The notes under the pieces are model-generated. The model worked only from the letters and a program-made list of their open reading frames with translations, did not search any database and had not been told where the DNA came from. Of a stretch of DNA of 64,000 nt, positions 56,950 to 64,000 are shown piece by piece; the first letter of the stretch is position 1, and each line of letters starts with the position of its first letter. The stretch comes from Chloroflexota bacterium (GTDB lineage Bacteria > Chloroflexota > UBA11872 > VXOZ01): positions 1,120,001-1,184,000 of the forward strand of contig OZ244922.1 in NCBI GenBank assembly GCA_965221905.1, given 5' to 3'. Both the position numbers and the translations under genes were made by a program.

Positions 56950-58215
56950 ATGCTTGCTCTCGACAAGTTGGACGGTGCGGAGATTGGGCGTTATCTGGCG
57001 TCGCAGGGCGTGCTGCGAATTGATGCTCAACTGACAGTTGAAGCGCTGGGCGGCGGTGTCTCGAATATTGTGCTCAAAGTCACGACACCGACACAGTGTT
57101 TGGTGCTCAAGCAGGCGCTGCCTGAACTGCGGGTGGCGGCGTATTGGCCGTCCCGCATTGACCGCGCGGTGCGTGAGGCTGAGGCGCTGCGTGTCGTATC
57201 AGGGCACTTACCGTCCGGGGCCGTGCCGACGGTCCATTTCATCGATGAGGAGAATTACATCTACGGCATGTCGTGCGCGCCTGATTCGGCGACGCTCTGG
57301 AAGGAAGATCTGCTCGCGGGAGAGGTGGAATTGCCGGTGGCAGCGGCGGCGGGCCGCATGCTGGCACAGATGCACGCCATACAGGATCCGGCGGTGCGGG
57401 AGCGGTTCATCAATGACGAAGTCTTCTGGCAGTTGCGGGTCGATCCGTACTACAACACCATTGCGGAGAAGTATCCGTCGGTGAAGCCGGTGGTTGCGCG
57501 GGCAATCGCGCAAATGAAGGCGCGGAAGCTGGCGCTGGTGCACGGGGACTATAGTCCGAAGAATATGTTTGTATTACGCGAGAAGATGGATTCCCGCGCA
57601 AGCGGGAATGACGGACAGAGAAGGTCGGCGGAATGCAGCACTATTTCGAGTACGGGGCAAGCGTTACGTGAGAGTGACGGAAAAGGAGCCGCGGTAGATA
57701 CCCACTCGCGCGGAAACACGGCGGGCCAGACAACACCGCGGGAGACAACAAGGGCAGTGACTCCTAGCGCAGGTTGCAAACCTACGCTACCGGAAGAGAC
57801 CGCCTCACTGCCCAGCAGTGACGGCAGCCATGCGGGATCTATCCTCCTGCTCGACTTCGAGGTGGTGCACTGGGGCGATCCGGCGTTTGACCTGGCCTTT
57901 TGCGTCAATCACCTGCTCATCAAGTCAATCGTCAATGCGCATGTTCAAACGGCGTACTTCCAGGCAGTTACGGCAATGCTGGAAGCATATTGTAACGAAC
58001 TGCCGGCAATAGACTGGGCAGAGTTGCTGGCGGAGACACGGCTCCAGCTTGGCTGTCTTATGCTGGCGCGCATCGATGGCAAGTCACCCGTCGAGTACAT
58101 TACGGACGAACCGACCAAAGAAACCGTGCGGCGCGTGAGCCGTTTCATTCTGCACGAACAGTCTGCAACGATTTCCGACATATACGCGTGTATTGCGCGG
58201 GAGGCGGCGCACTAA
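56950..58215 (+). CDS. APH/methylthioribose-kinase-like phosphotransferase with a large internal insertion
   Basis: [55 protein letters not shown] open from 56896; GGAG RBS favours ATG 56950. Confidence 0.85.
   Translation: MLALDKLDGAEIGRYLASQGVLRIDAQLTVEALGGGVSNIVLKVTTPTQCLVLKQALPELRVAAYWPSRIDRAVREAEALRVVSGHLPSGAVPTVHFIDEENYIYGMSCAPDSATLWKEDLLAGEVELPVAAAAGRMLAQMHAIQDPAVRERFINDEVFWQLRVDPYYNTIAEKYPSVKPVVARAIAQMKARKLALVHGDYSPKNMFVLREKMDSRASGNDGQRRSAECSTISSTGQALRESDGKGAAVDTHSRGNTAGQTTPRETTRAVTPSAGCKPTLPEETASLPSSDGSHAGSILLLDFEVVHWGDPAFDLAFCVNHLLIKSIVNAHVQTAYFQAVTAMLEAYCNELPAIDWAELLAETRLQLGCLMLARIDGKSPVEYITDEPTKETVRRVSRFILHEQSATISDIYACIAREAAH
57574..57840 (+). repeat. In-frame REP-derived insertion within the kinase gene
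   Basis: TGGATTCCCGCGCAAGCGGGAATGACGG (57587-57614) and CTAGCGCAGGTTGCAAACCTACGCTACC (57764-57791), plus degenerate copies. Confidence 0.85.
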
Positions 58216-59624
58216 TGCGATCCAGGCAGATGGATTCCCGTTTTCATGGGAATGACAGAACTAAACGCGGGAATGACAAAGCTAAACCCTCGGCGACGAT
58301 TAGGCGCGTGCACGCCAGAGAGGTGCTTGACTCGCGGGGCGTGCCGACGGTGGAAGTGGACGTAACGCTCTCGAGCGGCGCGCGCGGTCGTACTATCGTG
58401 CCCTCCGGCGCTTCCACCGGACGACACGAGGCTCTGGAGTTTCGTGACGGCGATTCTGCCCGCTATCAAGGTAAAGGTGTGCGCCACGCCGTGCGCCACG
58501 TGAACGAGGTGCTCGGCCCAGCAGTGTTTGGAATGGACGCTATACGTCAGCACGAGGTCGACGCTCTGCTCCTGGATACGGACGGCACCCTCAACCTGCG
58601 CCGTTTGGGGGGCAATGCAATTCTTGGTGTTTCGTTGGCAACGGCCCACGCGGCGGCAGAGAGCCTCGGTCTCCCACTCTACCGCTATCTGGGTGGCAGC
58701 CTGGCACGTGAGTTGCCGGTGCCTATGGTGAACATCCTCAGCGGCGGACTGCACGCGAGGGGCATCGTTGACTTTCAGGATTTTCTCCTAATTCCCGTGG
58801 GCGCCCAGAGCTTCAGCGACGCGCTGGTGATGGTGCGCAACGTCTACTACGCCATGGGTGAAATCCTGGCGGATCGCGGCGCAAGCACATTGGTCGCTGA
58901 CGAAGGCGGATACGGCCCAGCCGTGGATACGGTTGAAGGCGCAGCCGGTGCAAATAATGCCGTGTTCGCTGCAAACGAGGCTGCAGTGCGGCTCTTGGTG
59001 CAAGCGATAGAAAGAGCCGGGTACCGTCCGGGGGAAGACGCGGCAATCGGTCTCGACGTGGCGGCGACCCATTTCTATAGCGACGGCCTGTATCACCTGC
59101 ACGCCGAGGATCGAAAACTCTCCAGCGAGGAGATGGTGTCGCTGCTCGCGCAGTGGGTCGATGACTACCCGATTATTTCGATTGAAGACGGTCTGGCGGA
59201 AGATGACTGGGACGGCTGGCAAGCACTAACGACGCGCTTAGGTGAGCGGGTCCAACTCATCGGCGACGATCTCTTTGTTACGAACGTGCAGCGTTTACAA
59301 GAGGGCATTGATAGGCGTGCGGCAAACGCCGTGCTCGTCAAGGTGAACCAAGTCGGCACGTTGACGGCTGCGGTAGCCACACTGCGCTTGGCCTGCGCAC
59401 ATGGGTATCTGGCTGTGGTGTCCGCCCGCTCGGGAGAGACCGAGGACGCGACCATCGCCGACCTAGCGGTGGGCACCAATGCTGGTCAGATCAAGATCGG
59501 CTCGATCACGCGCTCGGAGCGGCTGGCGAAGTACAACCAACTGCTGCGTATCGAGGAAGAACTGGGCGCGCAGGGCGTGTATCGCGGGCGCGACGTCTTT
59601 CGCCGGTTTCTTGGTGAGTCCTAA
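58215..59624 (+). CDS. eno: Enolase-family protein with variant active site
   Basis: [59 protein letters not shown]; start overlaps the kinase stop (TAATG). Confidence 0.85.
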   Translation: MRSRQMDSRFHGNDRTKRGNDKAKPSATIRRVHAREVLDSRGVPTVEVDVTLSSGARGRTIVPSGASTGRHEALEFRDGDSARYQGKGVRHAVRHVNEVLGPAVFGMDAIRQHEVDALLLDTDGTLNLRRLGGNAILGVSLATAHAAAESLGLPLYRYLGGSLARELPVPMVNILSGGLHARGIVDFQDFLLIPVGAQSFSDALVMVRNVYYAMGEILADRGASTLVADEGGYGPAVDTVEGAAGANNAVFAANEAAVRLLVQAIERAGYRPGEDAAIGLDVAATHFYSDGLYHLHAEDRKLSSEEMVSLLAQWVDDYPIISIEDGLAEDDWDGWQALTTRLGERVQLIGDDLFVTNVQRLQEGIDRRAANAVLVKVNQVGTLTAAVATLRLACAHGYLAVVSARSGETEDATIADLAVGTNAGQIKIGSITRSERLAKYNQLLRIEEELGAQGVYRGRDVFRRFLGES

Positions 59625-59696
59625 CTTTCCCTGCCAACCGGCCTGCTCCTACGGGTTTTATGCCAGGCAGCAAACCATTAGGAGACCTTTGGGAAT

Positions 59697-59898
59697 CTCC
59701 TTCCCCCTTTGATGTGGGAGGGTTGAGACGGGGGTGATTGAGTCTCTTGGGCAAGTCACAACGCACTACCCCTCCCCTGGATTCCGGCTTTCGCCGGAAT
59801 GACGAATCTAGGCAACGGTTTCCTAGGGGAGAGAGCGACTATAAATTTCATTTTTCTTCTACCGTTCGCCTTGAGCCTGTCGAAAGGTGAACGGTAGA
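59697..59898. repeat. Mixed REP cluster between convergent genes
   Basis: Degenerate CCCTCC-type element, CTGGATTCCGGCTTTCGCCGGAATGACG (59777-59804), TCTACCGTTCGCCTTGAGCCTGTCGAAAGGTGAACGGTAGA (59858-59898). Confidence 0.8.
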
Positions 59899-59938
59899 CT
59901 TATTCAAAGTAAGAACTACAATTCACTTGAGCTACGAT

Positions 59939-61894
59939 CTATTGGTCTTGGATAACCCATATGGGGCTTGACCAGGCCTGTGCCACACGGCCCGCCACAG
60001 GATCTTTCTGCCACAGCCGCACATAGTAGAGCGCGTTAGCAACCGGCTGCGGATCGTCCCAGGTGAACGCGCACTCAGCCGCTTGCGGCTCTTGGCGGTA
60101 GACCACCTCGAAGCGCTGAGCGTCCAGATCGCCGCGCAGGATTTCGATCCAGGCGATCTCGTCCGTGCCGACAGCCCAAACGCGTACCGTCACGCCATTG
60201 CCGCTGGCGGTCTCTTGCCCCATGAACGTATCGTTCACCCACACTTTGAGTAGAATGCGCGCCCCGGTAGTGCCGTAGGTCTGGCGGTTGTGGATGCTAT
60301 CAAAGATGCTGCTGCGCGTAAGCGCGGGCGCCCAGACTGCCGCGAGACCGGTCTGCCGCTTACCCGGCTGCGCTTGATGATTGTCCGATGAACAGATCGT
60401 GCCCATGCGCTGTCCCGCGAGCCAGCCGTCTTGCGCGTAATGGGGGCCCCGGGCAGAGTCATTGAGCGAGAAGTCGCAATGTTGGTACGCCAAGGGATGA
60501 TCCGGATCGTAGTACTCGCAGAGGCCGTGGCCGGAGTACACCTCGACGACCCGGCGGAAGGCGTCGTTGGCGTACTGCCAATCAATGTTCGGGCCGGTGC
60601 CGCCGGGCAGGTTGCTCGCCTTTGGTGAAAAGCGCACGCCGGTGTGATGAGGTATCGTCATTGCCTCTCCGGGTACCAGTTGCCGCCACAAGTCTTGCAC
60701 TGTGCCGTTGTGCGCGCCGATGCGCACATCGCCGTCTTCGCGGAAATACACGTCATGGTGCGCCCACGGCGACTGGAAGGTGGCTTCATAGCCGAGAATT
60801 GTGGCAAATCGTCCTGGATCGTACCAATCGTGAGTCGCGAGCCGGATCTCCTCCCACATCTCGTCTGACAATTGCTCCACGTGGTCGGTGAGGGCGTAGA
60901 AGTCGAGGCGCGCCACGTCCCGCGCGTAGTGGAAGGGCAGGTCGCCGGTAGCATCGAAGCTGCGTCGCGCGTGGGAATGGAGATCTCCCCAGAAGACGCG
61001 CTCTTCAGGCAGGTCAGCAGCGCAGAGGGCCGGGTTCGACTGCGCTCCAAATGCTTTTTTACCGTTCGCCCTGAGCCTGTCGAAGGGTGCCTGTGACTCT
61101 GCGATGGCGGTGAACTCTAAACGCAGAACGCCGGGTGCAGTTGGCGTAAACGGCACCACACACCGGCCTGTGTCCGGATTAAGCGAGACGGTCTCGGGGC
61201 AGTCCGCGTGGCCTTCTGCGACTGTTACCGCAAACGTGAGACGCACAGAGGTGGCGGCATTCTGCCAGGAATCCAGCGCGATGACGTGGCACGCTGCTTC
61301 ATGGCCGACGCGGGCATGAGAGGGGGCATATGCCACGATCTCCGCCGGTGCCGCTGCCTGGGTTACGAGGAGGGGACTTTCCACTTCAGGGAACACGTCC
61401 TTTCCCCCACCAATTTCAGCGGAAAGCAAGGCGATGCGGACGGGTTCCGGGCCGTTGGGATGCAGCGCGGCGGTGAAGCCGGGGCTGCCGCCACTGGTAT
61501 CGCCGTATGCGATATCTATCCAGTCGCCGGCCCGCAGTACGCCTTTAGTCACCGTCACCTCAGTATGGTACGCGCACCGGTTGGGAGGCCCGGCTAGAGC
61601 ATCCCGCGTACGCTTCTCGTACTCCTCGGTCGAGCCCTCGGGTACGGTGCAGCGGATTTCCACGTTGTTGCGGGAGGCGCGGGCGGAGACGTAGTTGGGG
61701 CTCGCGGGATCAAGGCTGTGCACGCCTTTTGCCGAGTTGCGCAGCCAGGCGTGCCAGGTGTTGGGTAATGCCACGGCAATCGTGTCACCGGAACCGAGTT
61801 CTCCCTCGGCAATAGTGCACCGCACGACCCAGGTGCCGTACTCGCCGGCCGTGCCTACCGATGGTGTCACTGAAACGCGTATGCGTGGAGTCAT
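59939..61894 (-). CDS. DUF3604 / PHP-like metallohydrolase domain protein
   Basis: FWGDLHSH, LDFYALTDH, GYE, TIPHH, VEVYSGHG, SSDNH, TYGTTGARI, YYVRL.Q..AWSSPIW. Confidence 0.85.
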   Translation of the reverse strand: MTPRIRVSVTPSVGTAGEYGTWVVRCTIAEGELGSGDTIAVALPNTWHAWLRNSAKGVHSLDPASPNYVSARASRNNVEIRCTVPEGSTEEYEKRTRDALAGPPNRCAYHTEVTVTKGVLRAGDWIDIAYGDTSGGSPGFTAALHPNGPEPVRIALLSAEIGGGKDVFPEVESPLLVTQAAAPAEIVAYAPSHARVGHEAACHVIALDSWQNAATSVRLTFAVTVAEGHADCPETVSLNPDTGRCVVPFTPTAPGVLRLEFTAIAESQAPFDRLRANGKKAFGAQSNPALCAADLPEERVFWGDLHSHARRSFDATGDLPFHYARDVARLDFYALTDHVEQLSDEMWEEIRLATHDWYDPGRFATILGYEATFQSPWAHHDVYFREDGDVRIGAHNGTVQDLWRQLVPGEAMTIPHHTGVRFSPKASNLPGGTGPNIDWQYANDAFRRVVEVYSGHGLCEYYDPDHPLAYQHCDFSLNDSARGPHYAQDGWLAGQRMGTICSSDNHQAQPGKRQTGLAAVWAPALTRSSIFDSIHNRQTYGTTGARILLKVWVNDTFMGQETASGNGVTVRVWAVGTDEIAWIEILRGDLDAQRFEVVYRQEPQAAECAFTWDDPQPVANALYYVRLWQKDPVAGRVAQAWSSPIWVIQDQ

Positions 61895-61971
61895 AGTAGT
61901 AACCTTAATTCAGATTTGAACACTGTGATTATAGCGACATGTGATAGTGCGGGGCGAGAATGGTTACTCCG

Positions 61972-62017
61972 GTAGCGCAGGCCCTTCGACAGGCTCAGGA
62001 CACGTTTGCAACCTGCG
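61972..62017. repeat. Nested REP: one family inserted in the loop of another
   Basis: GTAGCGCAGG-[CCCTTCGACAGGCTCAGGACACG]-TTTGCAACCTGCG. Confidence 0.75.
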
Positions 62018-62364
62018 TTCGATGGCGGGCGCCATTGAGCACAGTTGCAATCGGAGATTAGCTTGATCCGTAATGCCTATGACCAGGGGACACTTGGCCT
62101 GCGGTAAATTGCTTGCCTGATAGGCTGTAGTGCGGCATCCTGCACAGTGGGGTGGTATCCTTCTACCATATAGTTGCAAGTCGCTGTGAGGCCCATTACG
62201 TGTTAGCAGCCCGTCCTTGCTGAGATACGTTGTACTATTGGGATAGATTTCAGAGATTTCCGATCGCGCATGCCGGCAGACTGTCCCCGTTTCCAACTCT
62301 TTTGGGAATTGGAAACAGTCTTGTACTGAGCGCTACACAGTCCAAAAAGAGGAGAGCGAGACCA

Positions 62365-64000
62365 ATGAGTGACGATGCGAACGTGGACGTCAAACGGTTT
62401 AGCAAAGACATAACTGTAGGGCCGAAAAGCGCGCCCGCGCGATCTATGTTTCACGCTATGGGATTCAGCAGCGAGGATCTGGCGAAGCCCCTCATCGGCG
62501 TCGCGAGCACGTGGAATGAGGTCACGCCCTGCAACTACCACTTGGATCGCCTGGCCCAGAAGGTGAAGGAAGGTGTCCGCGCAGCCGGAGGCACGCCGAT
62601 TGAGTTCGTTGCGATCACCGTAAGCGACGGCATTGCCATGGGCACGGAGGGTATGCGCACAAGCCTGGTGACGCGCGAGATCATAGCGGATTCGATTGAG
62701 GCGGTGGCAATTGGCGAGCGGTTGGATGGTGTGGTTTGCATTGCCGGCTGCGATAAGAGCTTGCCGGGCTGCGCGATGGCCATGGCACGTCTCAACATCC
62801 CCAGCGTCTTCGTGTACGGCGGCAGCATCATGCCGGGGCGCTGGCAGGGCAAGGACGTAACCATCCAGGACGTCTTCGAGGCCGTGGGTGCCCACGCCGC
62901 CGGAAACTTGAGCGAAGACGAACTGACCGACCTTGAGTTGCACGCCTGCCCCGGCCCGGGCTCGTGCGGCGGTATGTACACGGCAAATACCATGTCGAGC
63001 GCGCTGGAAGCTATGGGGCTCTCGGTACCCGGCAGTGCTTCACCCCCGGCAATGGACGAACGCCGCGATCAGGTGTGCGTGGATGCCGGACATCTGGTGA
63101 TGGATTGCGTGCGAAACAACCGTCGCCCGTCTGACATCATTACAAAAGAGTCGTTAGAGAATGCCGTTTCCGTCGCGCTCGCTGCCGGTGGCTCCACCAA
63201 CGCAGCGCTCCACTTGCCCGCCATCGCCTGGGAAGCGGACATTCCGTTCGATCTCGACGACATTGACCGCGTGAGCAAGCGCGTGCCCCACATCGCTGAC
63301 ATGCGTCCCGGCGGCAGATACGTGATGGCCGACTTGGACAGGGTGGGCGGCGTGCCGCTCATCATGCAGAACCTGCTGCGGGCCGGACTGCTGCACGGCG
63401 ATTGCCTCACGGTCACGGGAAATACGCTCGCAACCGACGTGGCAGGCGCGCAAGTCAACGCGAACGGTCAGGACATCGTGCGGTCGGTGGACGATCCGAT
63501 CTATGCTGGCGGCACCATGGTCATTTTGCGCGGGAACCTAGCGCCGGAGGGCGCGGTGGTAAAGGTAGCGGGAGTGGCCAATCGCGTGCATTCCGGCCCG
63601 GCGCGGGTGTACGAAATCGAGGACGACGCCTTCAATGCCGTAGTGAAAGGCCACATCAACCCGGGCGACGTGATCGTGATTCGAAATGAGGGCCCGAAAG
63701 GCGGGCCGGGCATGCGCGAGATGCTGGCCGTGACCGGCGCGGTCTTTGGCTGCGGCCTGGGCGATTCCGTGGGTCTCATCACCGATGGACGTTTCTCCGG
63801 CGCGACCCACGGCATGATGGTGGGCCACGTCGCGCCCGAGGCCGCCATGGGCGGCCCCATCGGCCTGATCCAGGAAGGCGACAAGATTACGATAGACGGC
63901 GACAACCAAGAATTGACGCTGCACGTTGACGATGCCGAGTTGGCAGAACGCCGCAAGCACTGGCAGCCCCTCGAACCGCGCTACAAGAGAGGCGTGCTAG
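62365..64000 (+). CDS. ilvD: Dihydroxy-acid dehydratase (partial, runs off the window; absent from the ORF track)
   Basis: Own translation from ATG 62365 (AGAGGAG RBS): [61 protein letters not shown]. Confidence 0.96.
   Translation, partial: MSDDANVDVKRFSKDITVGPKSAPARSMFHAMGFSSEDLAKPLIGVASTWNEVTPCNYHLDRLAQKVKEGVRAAGGTPIEFVAITVSDGIAMGTEGMRTSLVTREIIADSIEAVAIGERLDGVVCIAGCDKSLPGCAMAMARLNIPSVFVYGGSIMPGRWQGKDVTIQDVFEAVGAHAAGNLSEDELTDLELHACPGPGSCGGMYTANTMSSALEAMGLSVPGSASPPAMDERRDQVCVDAGHLVMDCVRNNRRPSDIITKESLENAVSVALAAGGSTNAALHLPAIAWEADIPFDLDDIDRVSKRVPHIADMRPGGRYVMADLDRVGGVPLIMQNLLRAGLLHGDCLTVTGNTLATDVAGAQVNANGQDIVRSVDDPIYAGGTMVILRGNLAPEGAVVKVAGVANRVHSGPARVYEIEDDAFNAVVKGHINPGDVIVIRNEGPKGGPGMREMLAVTGAVFGCGLGDSVGLITDGRFSGATHGMMVGHVAPEAAMGGPIGLIQEGDKITIDGDNQELTLHVDDAELAERRKHWQPLEPRYKRGVL

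Noticed and set aside
57574-57840. Intein or self-splicing intron in the kinase
   Set aside because: No intein termini (N-terminal Cys/Ser block, C-terminal His-Asn) and no group I/II intron hallmarks seen; REP content explains the insert.
62203-63960. Several minus-strand ORFs at the right end
   Set aside because: They are antisense to ilvD, which the ORF track missed because it has no stop within the window.

Overview
A 64-kb, GC-rich bacterial chromosome segment. Gene content (RpoB/RpoC architecture, Tat-lipoprotein solute-binding proteins, PaREP1, PhyH, DUF3604, sulfatase) suggests a Chloroflexota genome, possibly host/sponge-associated; this is inference. The left third is housekeeping: proS end, pdhABC-lpdA, dtd, rpoBC, secA, rpsO. 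The middle (about 23.6-49 kb) is an accessory block of five orphan ABC solute-binding lipoproteins, with no permease, ATPase or regulator, interleaved with hydrolases, Gfo/Idh/MocA dehydrogenases, a DegT-type aminotransferase, a sulfatase and a PhyH dioxygenase. Many of these have substituted active-site residues. The right part holds a CAP protein, PHP-lon, an M14 peptidase, a kinase translationally coupled to a variant enolase, a second DUF3604 protein and ilvD (partial). At least four families of short palindromic REP-like elements pervade the window: as a 4 x 95-bp tandem array, as nested elements, and in frame inside three enzymes. Best leads: (1) translated REP inserts, including an ~85-aa insert in the kinase catalytic core; (2) the kinase/variant-enolase pair; (3) three SBP paralogs ending in EGGC(L/I)C with a mosaic ligand-binding segment; (4) candidate structured RNAs upstream of rpsO, rpoB and the duplicated dehydrogenases. 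No CRISPR array, tRNA, rRNA or transposase was recognised. All family assignments are from motif recognition, not database searches.
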